The position numbers and the translations under genes are program-made. Positions 12,579 through 24,969 of a DNA stretch of 64,000 bases are shown here, one piece after another. Under the pieces are notes generated by a model, which ran no database searches, was not told the origin of the DNA, and was given only the letters and a program-made list of their open reading frames with translations. The first letter of the stretch is position 1. Every line of letters starts with the position of its first letter. Origin of the DNA: Eledone cirrhosa (Eukaryota); the NCBI GenBank assembly GCA_964016885.1, contig CAXHJY010000134.1:1-64000 (forward strand), read 5' to 3'.

Positions 12579-13792
12579 TTCTAAGATTGCTAAGCTGAGT
12601 TGTAGTAGTAGAGACGAGCGCTTACTGTTTAAACAGTGCTCCTTGCGACATGCGCCTCAAATAGTCTCTGGCAACCAAGTCTAACTCTGGTCTCCTCATG
12701 CAAGCCCGGCGGAGATGTCCCTTCTGAGAAGAGAAAGGGCGTGCGCGGATTTTGGCGGCTTCAAACCAGTGCTTCGGGTAGATAGAACTCGTCAGCCAAG
12801 GAGGGAAATGCATTTAGGAGAAAGCAAACTCTGATTTTAAATCTCCGCTGCCTTGCAGCTTTAACCACTTATAGATAGTATTGAGGGGTTAAATATGTAT
12901 TATCTATATCCTTTTACATTGTTGTTATCGGGTCTTCGAAGGATCTTAGTTATAAGGGATATAATGGAAATACCTTAATCGAAGAGTTGGCTGCTTCTCA
13001 TCGGTAGTAGATGTTTCTGACTTCCAGGATATAAATAAATAGCTCTTTAATGCTCAATCCTCTATAAATATAATTTTATTTGTCGCAAAAGGAATGTAGG
13101 AGTCATTTTACATATAAATCTTCGCGCGTCTATACCCTCTCCTGGTCAGCTCGGTCTGTTTGGTCTCTCGAGTGCTGTCTGAGGTTTTTCACTAGAGAGC
13201 GAGAGTGAGATTGACCATGTATTCATACGCAACTTCTCATTGGTCAGTTTGACCTTATTGCGTATGAAAATGTTGCTATTGCGAGGTGCGACGCAGTTCC
13301 ACTACATCACCCTCTGCTTAGACTGGAAAGCAGTCGATAAAAATGAGGAGAAATTGTCTGCAAAGGTAACGTAAGTCATGCAAAGCAAATACAAAAATGA
13401 AGAAAAAAGAGAAAAAAGAATAGTTCATATGTAAATTGTTTTACACAGTTTCTTGGGCCAATGGACCTGGTGACTATTTCGAGTTGTCGTGATGTATGTT
13501 GAATGTACAGGAGTGATTGTGGTGTTTGCGGTGGTGCTTGTATTGACACATTGTAGGAGGGTCGAGTGTGAGGCTCTGATGTGAGAGCATCTGTGTAGGC
13601 CCGCTTTAGTCTGTCAATAGAGACTGTGTCTTTATGTCAATTAAAGTCAATGGTGAAATGTTTGTTTGTACGCGCAAGTACGCGATAGGGCCCAGAATAA
13701 GGTGGAGTGAGAGGACTTCACACTGCGTCATTTCTGACAAAAACATGGGTCCACGAGGCAATGTCCCTCGGAACCGAAGATTTAATGGTTTG

Positions 13793-14371
13793 TTACCTAG
13801 TGTTCATAGGAGGCAGGACTTGAAAATACGCACGCAAACAGGTCACATATAGTGTAGGGTCCTGAGTAGCAAGGTCAACTGGGGCAAGCATCTGCCCTGG
13901 CAGAGATAATGTAGTGCCGTACAGAAGCTCGGCTGGAGAGAATCCAAGGTCCTCTTTAATTGAAGTGCGGGTACTGAGAAGCACTATGGGGAGGTAGTCG
14001 CTCCAATGTAGAGTATCCGGATAGGCACGCAATGCAGCCTTTAACTGGCGATGAAAACGCTCTACCATTCCATTAGATGCAGGGTGGTAACTGGTAGTCC
14101 TGATGCGTTGAGCGCCGATGATATTCGATAGATCCCTGAAAAGTTGGGATTCAAACTGCCTACCACGGTCTGTAGTAATAGTGGTAGGAACCCCATAGCG
14201 CGATATCCATCCTGAAACCAGGGCTCGCGCTACAGATTCAGCAGTAATGTCACTAAGAGGAATGGCTTCAGGCCATCGGGTGAAACGGTCAATGTAGGTC
14301 AGGATGTATGAACATCCACGACTGGCAATCCAAGGTCCCACGATATCGATATGTATGTGGAAAATCAGCAC
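13793..14371 (-). CDS. Gypsy integrase core (rve) fragment
   Basis: [32 protein letters not shown] and [20 protein letters not shown] give an intact D-D-E triad. Confidence 0.9.
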   Translation of the reverse strand: MLIFHIHIDIVGPWIASRGCSYILTYIDRFTRWPEAIPLSDITAESVARALVSGWISRYGVPTTITTDRGRQFESQLFRDLSNIIGAQRIRTTSYHPASNGMVERFHRQLKAALRAYPDTLHWSDYLPIVLLSTRTSIKEDLGFSPAELLYGTTLSLPGQMLAPVDLATQDPTLYVTCLRAYFQVLPPMNTR

Positions 14372-14650
14372 CCAGAATAGGATATGGCAAATCAGCTATG
14401 GCGAAAATCCATGAGAAATCTCTACGTAAATCCAGGTCCAAGGAGCGAGAGATTTGTCCATACGTAGAGATAGCTGAATGGTTTATAGCTTGTAGTGATG
14501 TGTGTGAGAGAGAAGGTTTCTATTTCAAGAGTTTTAACGGCCAAATGCTGCAAGACGCACTCGTGTCGATGAGGCAACGTGCGTGCGAGAAGGAATCCGT
14601 AAAGAAAAATGCACGACTTTCAGTACTGAATTGCGGGGAAGACGTCGTGC

Positions 14651-15181
14651 TTAATTCTCCGTTACTTCGTTTCCCCGGAGTGAAAAGGAACAAGGCTGGA
14701 TACATTTATGAGCAGAGGCTCCGAAACGGTTATGGTAAAAGCATGCTCGCGATGGTGAAGGTTGGAAACGACGACGTGAAGAATTCGAGCAATTCCGCGA
14801 CCGTTGTCGGGGAGATCTCGATCTGGAAAAACGTAGAAGTTGTACCTCCTTCGTAAGGTCAAGGATGGCCTTTAGTGTTGCTTCGTTGGTCGAAGTAGCG
14901 CTGGCTGAAACTGATACGAGAGGAAAAGGTGAAGCATTTTTTGTAAGTCGTGATGGGGTAGTAGTGGTCGAATTGCTGGAGTACCCCAAAATTTTATCAG
15001 CGGATGACGCCAACTGATCCACCGAACTGGTTTCGGTCATCTCTGCTAAAATGGCCTGGACATTAGGCGGCAGCCTAGAGAAGAAAAGCTGCTTGATCAT
15101 GGCGCTGTCGGCCGGTGCGTCTTCCGCCAGCTCTCTCCTCCTCCGTAAGAGCTGTGTAGGTGTATAGTCGCCAAGGTGCAC
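14651..15181 (-). CDS. Gypsy gag fragment
   Basis: LGDYTPTQLLRR..KQLFFSRLP..CFYHNRFGASAHKCIQPCSF. A protease remnant (CLIDTSASCS) follows in another frame at 14520-14705. Confidence 0.85.
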   Translation of the reverse strand: MHLGDYTPTQLLRRRRELAEDAPADSAMIKQLFFSRLPPNVQAILAEMTETSSVDQLASSADKILGYSSNSTTTTPSRLTKNASPFPLVSVSASATSTNEATLKAILDLTKEVQLLRFSRSRSPRQRSRNCSNSSRRRFQPSPSRACFYHNRFGASAHKCIQPCSFSLRGNEVTEN

Positions 15182-17783
15182 ATCATTAACTAGAGTGTGA
15201 ACAAAACATGTAAAAATATTTTTTTAAGTTCCGTAGCATCCTTGCAACAGTAGAGAGTGCGCTTATATCGGCCAAAGTAAAAACGCGGGAATCAGTGATG
15301 AAGACGGAGGAGGTGAGTCGCCATATTGGACAAAAATGCCATGTGCGAAGAAATATTGTGTTATTGTAAGCTCGACATTTTTTTTATTTTTTAATGTGTG
15401 TGAATGATGTATTCTTTATAGTCGGGTCACCATTTTATAGATAGTATTGAGGGGTTAAATATTATCTATATCCTGTAAATATTATCAAACCAGTACTTCG
15501 GGTAGATAGAACTCGTCAGCCAAGGAGGGAAATGCATTTAGGAGAAAGCAAACTCTGATTTTAAATCTCCGCTGCCTTGCAGCTTTAACCACTTATAGAT
15601 AGTATTGAGGGGTTAAATATGTATTATCTATATCCTTTTACATTGTTGTTATCGGGTCTTCGAAGGATCTTAGTTATAAGGGATATAATGGAAATACCTT
15701 AATCGAAGAGTTGGTTGCTTCTCATCGGTAGTAGATGTTTCTGACTTCCAGGATATAAATAAATAGCTCTTTAATGCTCAATCCTCTATAAATATAATTT
15801 TATTTGCCGCAAAAGGAATGTAGGAGTCATTTTACATATAAATCTTCGCGCGTCTGTACCCTCTCCTGGTCAGCTCGGTCTGTTTGGTCTCTCGAGTGCT
15901 GTCTGAGGTTTTTCACCAGAGAGCGAGAGTGAGATTGACCATGTATTCATACGCAACTTCCCATTGGTCAGTTTGACCTTATTGCGTATGAAAATGTTGC
16001 TATTGCGAGGTGCGACGTAGTTCCATTACACACTTATGGGAAAAGTTTTGGGAGTAAACCCTGATGATAAATTCGGACCCGGAGTCTCTAAGGTAGTCCG
16101 ATGTTATATCCAGTCTCGTTCTGGCAATTCCTGCGGTGGTGCCGGTGCCAAGGTGTATTGACCCCTGCTCTTTCTTTGAACAACATCGGTCACGTGGAGA
16201 GAACAGACGTGTTACATGGGCAATTGCCGACCTCTCATAAAACTCTGCCCAGACTTGTGCCCCAGTGAGGACATTCCAACATCACTTCACTGCGGCGGCA
16301 AAACATTGAAACCAGCAGTCTACCAAGTATAAACCTGCATATGATTGGCATAGAGCAAGGTGCCAAGGGCTGCTATCGATGGAGGGAGAGATTGGCGCTC
16401 ACTGGACAGCTACTGCCTGCCTCAAGCTAGGCTGCCCCCAGCCAATTATGTGCTATACTGCCACAACCTACCTGCTCCACGGGGTGTCTTGGGGTTAGGT
16501 ATACTAGTATCCCGAATTGTAGGTTGTAAACACTGCAACAAGCAAAACAATAAAGAAACAAAGGAAGAAAACAGTATTCAGATTTGTATGCTGGAACGAC
16601 AGCAGTGATTAACAATGAACTGCTACGATTTCAAGTGGGCATTGTAGTGCTCCAAGAGATGTGGCTTCTAGATTTGGCGACCCTTCATGAGAGCAAAACC
16701 ATAAACAAGGCCAGAGAGCACGGTGTCAGCTTTGCTGTGAAAAACTCGTTGTTGATGATGATGGAACTCGAGTGAATCTTCTCATTCTAATTGCACACGT
16801 CAGACGTGCCTGTCAACTGTCTCAGTGCTCTAATTCACACAAGATGACAAGGACGAGTTTTGCTATCAGCTCTCAAGTAAAATGCATGTCAAATAGAGAA
16901 CAGCTGGTGCTCTCTGGCGACTTCAACGCCAGAGTGGGAGCCGACCACGACTCCTGGCCAGGATGTCTGGGATGGTACGGGATCGGCAACATAAATGACA
17001 ACGGACAACCGGTGCTTGAGATCTGTATGCTCCATGAATTATGTGTCACAAACACCTACTTCCAGGCCAAAGATCAGTTTCCTTGCGTCATCCCCACTCT
17101 GGGCACAGGGACCAGCTAGATCTAATCCTCACAAACGAAAACCATCTGAAAAAAAGATGCAGACTCTGAAATTAACACCGAGGTTGTCACCTACATAAGC
17201 AGCAGTTCGAAGATGTAGGTCAACACGGTATAATCTATTTATAAGTTATGATGTAGTGACCAAAACGCCATACAATACAATCCGTAGACAAGATAGTACC
17301 AAGGAAAAATATTAAAAGTTACAGCGATGTTGAGGGCATTCTCACTGGTAATGTAAAATAGTACTGGTAAAATGCTTGTCAAAACCTTAGTAAAATGTAG
17401 GCATAACAGACCAAACATAATGTCATGGAACAGAGAAAAGAAGACATGAACAGAAGTGGGAATTAGTTTCCTAGCAGATGTTTATATAATTTTAAAGATT
17501 ACTGAAAAAAGAAAATATTTATGTCGACCTAATGAAGAACCTACCAATACTTAATCCTGACTATATAGCTTTAGATTTTTACCTGTGATCATTGGGGCAC
17601 TTAGATATATTACTAACTGCATCAGCACAAATCTTGAAAAGCAGTGTTTCACAAAAATAGAAAGAGCACGATTAATTAGGGAATTACAAGTGCAGTCCAT
17701 TAATGGAATTGTAAAAATATGCAAAACATTCCAGACGTTTAGTGTATACACGTGCATACCATCCACACCTGCACACACACACA

Positions 17784-17820
<37 letters not shown>

Positions 17821-17825
<5 letters not shown>

Positions 17826-18012
17826 AACAAGTAAGACCCCGACGGCTGAGCTCAAGCCGTTTCGATGGCTAATTCTGTACAGAATTAGCCGTCGAAACGG
17901 CTTGAGCTCAGCCGTCGGGGTCTTACTTGTTCCTATGACCTACTCTACTACCCTAAGTATTGAGTACTTTGGTGCGTTATGGTCCACCTGGTTCCTTACC
18001 ACATTTCCTTCG
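17821..18012. mobile_element. Short palindromic element family inserted in (TA)n (copies 18062-18248, 30566-30770; tail only at 27757-27808)
   Basis: A ~115-bp hairpin (ggaacaagtaagaccccgacggctgagctc...gagctcagccgtcggggtcttacttgttcc) followed by a shared tail (ctaagtattgagtactttggtgcgttatggtcca). The full copies are bounded by (TA)n. Confidence 0.8.
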
Positions 18013-18021
18013 TTTCCTTCG

Positions 18022-18065
<44 letters not shown>

Positions 18066-18245
18066 ATATCAGGACCCCGACGGCTGAGCTCCGGCCGTGA
18101 CGACAGCTAGATCCGAACTGCTAGCTGTCGAAACAGCCGGAGCTCAGCCGTTGGGGTCCTGACTATTTTTTCTATTGCCCACTCTGCTACCCTAAGTATT
18201 GAGTACTCTGGTGCGTTATGATCCATCCGGTATCTTACCACACCC

Positions 18246-18291
<46 letters not shown>

Positions 18292-18298
<7 letters not shown>

Positions 18299-18577
18299 TG
18301 TAGTTTGCTTGAAGCATTGCATATAATATATAACGTTGAAAGATGGACTCTAAGATGGGGTAACGAAAAGTAAGTTACCTGGTAATCTTGTTTTGTTTTT
18401 TGTTGTTGACATAAAAAAGAAAAACCCCGAAGAAGGGACTTTTAGGTCCCGAAATATTGGACAGAAAAAAGAACAACAAAAAGCAAAGCAAAGATTACCA
18501 GGTAACTTACTTCTTCTTCGTTACTTCATCTTACAGTCCATTTTGCATTGTTTAGCCTTCTATCTCTTTCAACAACG

Positions 18578-18580
<3 letters not shown>
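18292..18580 (+). mobile_element. (TA)n-embedded hairpin element with degenerate HHR core
   Basis: Long imperfect inverted arms (gatggact..aagtaagttacctggtaatcttg / caaagattaccaggtaacttactt..agtccat) around CCGAAGA-a-gggac-ttttag-gtccc-GAAA at 18427-18454. Confidence 0.55.
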
Positions 18581-18630
<50 letters not shown>

Positions 18631-18728
18631 TATAGACATAGAATATTCGAAAATATTCTGTATGTTTATAATAAACATTTTGAAGACCTAATCGCTATAG
18701 AATAGAATACGTCACGTATTACAATTAG

Positions 18729-18817
18729 ATTCTCGATAAAAGCAAGGGAAGTAATCTACGCGTTTCATTCTTGTTAGAAATCTTCAGGACTACATATCCA
18801 GTGCTTTTATCGAGAAT
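18729..18817 (-). ncRNA. Type I hammerhead ribozyme (first of nine minus-strand copies, every 310 bp)
   Basis: Minus strand: gtagtc-CTGAAGA-tttct-aaca-agaat-GAAA-cgc-GTA-gattac. Stem I is extended by a 16-bp perfect duplex (attctcgataaaagca/tgcttttatcgagaat). Confidence 0.8.
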
Positions 18818-21518
18818 GACACAGCTAGAGACTTATAGAATACTTAGCTGTGTACAGGAACTGGTTTGAAAGAGCGGTTGCCGGTCCGGCAGAAATTAGA
18901 AATTGGAATAAATGCTCTGAAATAGCGATATATATGTGAATATAGACATAGAATATTCGAAAATATTCTGTATGTTTATAATAAACATTTTGAAGACCTA
19001 ATCGCTATAGAATAGAATACGTCACGTATTACAATTAGATTCTCGATAAAAGCAAGGGAAGTAATCTACGCGTTTCATTCTTGTTAGAAATCTTCAGGAC
19101 TACATATCCAGTGCTTTTATCGAGAATGACACAGCTAGAGACTTATAGAATACTTAGCTGTGTACAGGAACTGGTTTGAAAGAGCGGTTGCCGGTCCGGC
19201 AGAAATTAGAAATTGGAATAAATGCTCTGAAATAGCGATATATATGTGAATATAGACATAGAATATTCGAAAATATTCTGTATGTTTATAATAAACATTT
19301 TGAAGACCTAATCGCTATAGAATAGAATACGTCACGTATTACAATTAGATTCTCGATAAAAGCAAGGGAAGTAATCTACGCGTTTCATTCTTGTTAGAAA
19401 TCTTCAGGACTACATATCCAGTGCTTTTATCGAGAATGACACAGCTAGAGACTTATAGAATACTTAGCTGTGTACAGGAACTGGTTTGAAAGAGCGGTTG
19501 CCGGTCCGGCAGAAATTAGAAATTGGAATAAATGCTCTGAAATAGCGATATATATGTGAATATAGACATAGAATATTCGAAAATATTCTGTATGTTTATA
19601 ATAAACATTTTGAAGACCTAATCGCTATAGAATAGAATACGTCACGTATTACAATTAGATTCTCGATAAAAGCAAGGGAAGTAATCTACGCGTTTCATTC
19701 TTGTTAGAAATCTTCAGGACTACATATCCAGTGCTTTTATCGAGAATGACACAGCTAGAGACTTATAGAATACTTAGCTGTGTACAGGAACTGGTTTGAA
19801 AGAGCGGTTGCCGGTCCGGCAGAAATTAGAAATTGGAATAAATGCTCTGAAATAGCGATATATATGTGAATATAGACATAGAATATTCGAAAATATTCTG
19901 TATGTTTATAATAAACATTTTGAAGACCTAATCGCTATAGAATAGAATACGTCACGTATTACAATTAGATTCTCGATAAAAGCAAGGGAAGTAATCTACG
20001 CGTTTCATTCTTGTTAGAAATCTTCAGGACTACATATCCAGTGCTTTTATCGAGAATGACACAGCTAGAGACTTATAGAATACTTAGCTGTGTACAGGAA
20101 CTGGTTTGAAAGAGCGGTTGCCGGTCCGGCAGAAATTAGAAATTGGAATAAATGCTCTGAAATAGCGATATATATGTGAATATAGACATAGAATATTCGA
20201 AAATATTCTGTATGTTTATAATAAACATTTTGAAGACCTAATCGCTATAGAATAGAATACGTCACGTATTACAATTAGATTCTCGATAAAAGCAAGGGAA
20301 GTAATCTACGCGTTTCATTCTTGTTAGAAATCTTCAGGACTACATATCCAGTGCTTTTATCGAGAATGACACAGCTAGAGACTTATAGAATACTTAGCTG
20401 TGTACAGGAACTGGTTTGAAAGAGCGGTTGCCGGTCCGGCAGAAATTAGAAATTGGAATAAATGCTCTGAAATAGCGATATATATGTGAATATAGACATA
20501 GAATATTCGAAAATATTCTGTATGTTTATAATAAACATTTTGAAGACCTAATCGCTATAGAATAGAATACGTCACGTATTACAATTAGATTCTCGATAAA
20601 AGCAAGGGAAGTAATCTACGCGTTTCATTCTTGTTAGAAATCTTCAGGACTACATATCCAGTGCTTTTATCGAGAATGACACAGCTAGAGACTTATAGAA
20701 TACTTAGCTGTGTACAGGAACTGGTTTGAAAGAGCGGTTGCCGGTCCGGCAGAAATTAGAAATTGGAATAAATGCTCTGAAATAGCGATATATATGTGAA
20801 TATAGACATAGAATATTCGAAAATATTCTGTATGTTTATAATAAACATTTTGAAGACCTAATCGCTATAGAATAGAATACGTCACGTATTACAATTAGAT
20901 TCTCGATAAAAGCAAGGGAAGTAATCTACGCGTTTCATTCTTGTTAGAAATCTTCAGGACTACATATCCAGTGCTTTTATCGAGAATGACACAGCTAGAG
21001 ACTTATAGAATACTTAGCTGTGTACAGGAACTGGTTTGAAAGAGCGGTTGCCGGTCCGGCAGAAATTAGAAATTGGAATAAATGCTCTGAAATAGCGATA
21101 TATATGTGAATATAGACATAGAATATTCGAAAATATTCTGTATGTTTATAATAAACATTTTGAAGACCTAATCGCTATAGAATAGAATACGTCACGTATT
21201 ACAATTAGATTCTCGATAAAAGCAAGGGAAGTAATCTACGCGTTTCATTCTTGTTAGAAATCTTCAGGACTACATATCCAGTGCTTTTATCGAGAATCTA
21301 ATTGTAATACGTGACGTATTCTATTCTATAGCGATTAGGTCTTCAAAATGTTTATTATAAACATACAGAATATTTTCGAATATTCTATGTCTATATTCAC
21401 ATATATATCGCTATTTCAGAGCATTTATTCCAATTTCTAATTTCTGCCGGACCGGCAACCGCTCTTTCAAACCAGTTCCTGTACACAGCTAAGTATTCTA
21501 TAAGTCTCTAGCTGTGTC

Positions 21519-21607
21519 ATTCTCGATAAAAGCACTGGATATGTAGTCCTGAAGATTTCTAACAAGAATGAAACGCGTAGATTACTTCCCTTGCTTTTAT
21601 CGAGAAT
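21519..21607 (+). ncRNA. Type I hammerhead ribozyme in the inverted tail of the array
   Basis: Stem I gtagtc 21543-21548 / gattac 21580-21585; CTGAAGA 21549-21555; GAAA 21570-21573; palindromic acgcgt; predicted GUA cleavage after 21579. Confidence 0.8.
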
Positions 21608-21784
21608 CTAATTGTAATACGTGACGTATTCTATTCTATAGCGATTAGGTCTTCAAAATGTTTATTATAAACATACAGAATATTTTCGAATATTCTATGT
21701 CTATATTCACATATATATCGCTATTTCAGAGCATTTATTCCAATATATATATATATATATATATAAAGCGAACATATATATATA

Positions 21785-22310
21785 CTAGCAGATTTACCCG
21801 GCGTTGCTCGGGGTTTGAAATTATGCTAAGAATATTGCGAGATTAGGCCCTTAACGCGAAAATTAACACTTAATATACTGAAACAAGTTAAAACAACAAG
21901 TGTTTTTTAAACTTTGAAAGTGCAACAAAGAATAAACAAGAAACAAACGATAATATTAGTGATTTATCTTCAAATGAATCTGATGTTTATATTTCTGAAA
22001 TTTTGTCCGACGATGATTGTTGTTTTAAAATTGAAAACGAAGGTCTCCATATCTCACTCTCTTTATAAGGATTGTCAATAAAGTTGGTTATCTCCCTTAC
22101 ATCAATTTTGCTACCGATAATTTTGATATCGATTTTTTATTGCTCAACGTGGGTCGATTGGAAAAATATTCGTGACGTGACCATCTTAGCGACCTGTGCA
22201 ACGTGCACAGAAAATTTGGTCAAATTCGGTTGGTAATTGTAAAAGCCTTAGGTATGTATCCAAAGTTGTACACAGACACACACACATCCACGATTTTATA
22301 TATATAAAGA
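21785..22310 (-). mobile_element. Non-autonomous Helitron
   Basis: The minus strand begins a|TCtttatatatataaaa and ends with the hairpin cccgagcaacgccggg then tgCTAG|t. These are canonical TC...CTAG termini inserted between A and T. Confidence 0.8.
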
Positions 22311-22796
22311 TATAAAGATATATACAGTATGTTACAAGAAGATACGTTCGTGAACGCGGCGCGTAAAGCAAATTCGCGTAATTCAAGTATTATACATCTG
22401 ATAAATTAAAAATTAAAAACACACGCGTTATAGCGCTATATTCACGCAAAGTGAATCTCTCTATAATTAGCCCAGCTCTATCATCTGATTATGATGCAAG
22501 ACAAGGTAGAATTATGTAACAGGTTTACGTTGGACCCAAACATATAATGGAACATAGGATTATACCCGTGCTACATTTCCGCAAAGATTAAAAGGTATTA
22601 ATCTATTGGTCGTCGGTCAGACAAGTCAGTCTACCGTGACGGCATTTAAAGGGGAACAGAGCTATGTAAAATTTAGACTGTCTGCTATCGATATAACACC
22701 ATATTTGTAGGCTGACCCCGAATTGAATTTTGTATTTTATATTTTCTCTATCTCCTATCTTCCAGTATATGTTTAGGTTTAACATACTTCTGTTAC

Positions 22797-22904
<108 letters not shown>

Positions 22905-23304
22905 TGTTGTTTATCTTAGTTGCTACGTTGTAACTTCCTGATAAGCAGGTCTTAGTAACCAAACCACTACACGCCAGTAGTTTATCCCAGGTAGGTGATA
23001 ATAAGTGACGGAGTATTCATGAATCAATTAATTGTTTCTAATTTTGGCACAAGGCCAGCAATTATCCCAGTGCATTACTGGTACTTTATTTTATCAACCC
23101 CGTAAGGTTGTAAGGAAAAAAGTTAACCTCGGCAGGATTGGAACTCAAACCGAAAAGGGACCTAACTCTATGCTGGAAAGCATGGTGCCTGACACTCTAC
23201 CAAAACTCCCAATCCACATCAAATAATTGTTTCTACTTGATGTATATATACCAGTAACGCACTGGGTAATTGCTGGCCTTGTGCCTAAAGTAGAAACAAT
23301 TATT

Positions 23305-23345
<41 letters not shown>

Positions 23346-23479
23346 CTTGTTTTTTTAATTTGTTTTGCAAGATTTCTTATCTGAAAACGTGTTGAAACAG
23401 ATATTTGGGAGGATCATATAACCAAGGTCACATACACAAACAAGGACAAAACAAAGGAGAGACACAAAATAAGAAATCA

Positions 23480-23522
23480 GTCACTGAGGACATCACAGAA
23501 GGTGTGACGAAAGAGCTTTGAC
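23480..23522 (+). ncRNA. Minimal type I hammerhead-like motif
   Basis: gtca-CTGAGGA-catcac-agaag-gtgtgac-GAAA-gag-CTT-tgac, within a segment bounded by (TA)n. Confidence 0.55.
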
Positions 23523-24164
23523 ATATATATAAACAACCATCCTGTTATTGAACCAACCAACTGGAAATTTCTAATAAATTGAAGTGAAACCAACAGATGC
23601 ATGTCTTTTTATTAGCAGCATGACCTTCCCAAAGTATAACTATATATATATATATATATAGTAGAATAATCGAGTATCGAAAAATCGGCGCACGAGTTCA
23701 CGATAAACAAAATTCGAGATGAGCGGCAGAGGGCTCTATAATTCAAATAAATTAGAGCTCTAACTATCGTTAAATACCGTCACACGTAAAATATGTCTAC
23801 AATCAACCAAATAACCGATAAGTTCGATATGGAAGATTCGGGACACTCAGATAAATTATCAATAAATCAATAAATGAAATGAATGTAAAATGCATACCCG
23901 GACCCACTAGAGAGATGGAATATCTAGCTTCTTGGGTTTCTGTAAATCCTTAAACCGTCATCTATCAGCTCATATAAAAATATAAGACTTACAGACAGCG
24001 GGGGACTGGAGTTACTTCATCAACGAGCTTCGTCCGAATGGATAGAAAGACAAGACCCAGGCTAAAAATACGCACATGGATTTCAGCAAGGGAGATAACC
24101 TTCATATCCGCAAAAATATTCGGAAAAGTGTGGCAAAAACACATATCGAATAAGAGTGCTCAAT

Positions 24165-24219
<55 letters not shown>

Positions 24220-24227
<8 letters not shown>

Positions 24228-24960
24228 ACGTCAAGACGGGCGGTCTCAAAAGGGAATCTAATTTTACGATTGTGAATTTTTTTTTTTTTTTTACAACAGG
24301 TCACAATAGTGAAAGTATAATGCAGACACACGCAATTGTATGGCTTTCTTAATATATATATATATGTGTGGGTGTGTATATGTGTGTATATATATGTGTG
24401 TGTGTATGTATATATATATATATATGTGTGTTTGTATATATATATGTGTTTGTGTCATCATCATCGTTTAACGTCTATCTTCCACGCAAGCATGGGTTTA
24501 GACGTATATATATGTTTGTGTGTATATATGTGTTTGTGTGTATATATGTGTGTTTGTGTGTATATATATATGTGTCTGTATATATATATATGTGTATGTG
24601 GCCACATATATATACACACAAACACACATATATATACACACAAACACATATATACACACAAACATATATATACGTCTAAACCCATGCTTGCGTGGAAGAT
24701 AGATGTTAAACGATGATGATGATACAAACACATATATATATACAAACACACATATATATATATATATATATACATACACACACACATATATATACACACA
24801 TATACACACCCACACATATATATATATTAAGAAATCCATACAATTGCGTGTGTCTGCATTATACTTTCACTATTGTGACCTGTTGTAAAAAAACAAACAA
24901 ATTCACAATCGTAAAATTAGTTTCACTTTTGAGACCGCCCGTCTTGACGTATGCCATATA
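24220..24960. repeat. ~740-bp palindrome (inverted duplication) centred on gtggccac at 24598-24605
   Basis: Unique blocks (atggcatacgtcaagacgggcggtctc; gtttaacgtctatcttccacgcaagcatggg) and the microsatellites are mirrored on both sides. Confidence 0.85.
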
Positions 24961-24969
24961 TATATATAT

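Larger units (their letters stand above)
12870..16030 (-). mobile_element. Gypsy LTR retrotransposon, internally deleted (gag, protease remnant and integrase; RT/RNase H missing)
   Basis: 437-bp LTRs at 12870-13306 and 15594-16030 (about 7 differences by eye). TSD CACT; PBS tggtgacccgac (minus strand, 15421-15432); PPT-like agagggtga. Confidence 0.9.
12575..17150 (+). mobile_element. Degenerate RTE LINE 5' portion (5'UTR and APE endonuclease) split by the Gypsy insertion
   Basis: RTE 5'UTR motif aggagaaagcaaactctgat at ~12816. APE fragments VLQE, HGVSFAV and GDFNARVG..NDNG..LCVTNTYF at 16600-17070. The sequence continues across the CACT TSD. Confidence 0.75.
18628..21744 (-). repeat. 310-bp tandem array (8 full and 1 partial unit) plus terminal inverted segment, one hammerhead per unit: retrozyme-like element
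   Basis: Units start at 18628, 18938, 19248, 19558, 19868, 20178, 20488, 20798 and 21108 and look identical by eye. Orientation flips at 21282-21297. Flanked by (TA)n; no meaningful ORF. Confidence 0.9.

Noticed and set aside
18628-21297. Array as CRISPR or plain satellite
   Set aside because: No unique spacers, no cas genes and a eukaryotic context. The HHR fold and inverted tail argue against a featureless satellite.
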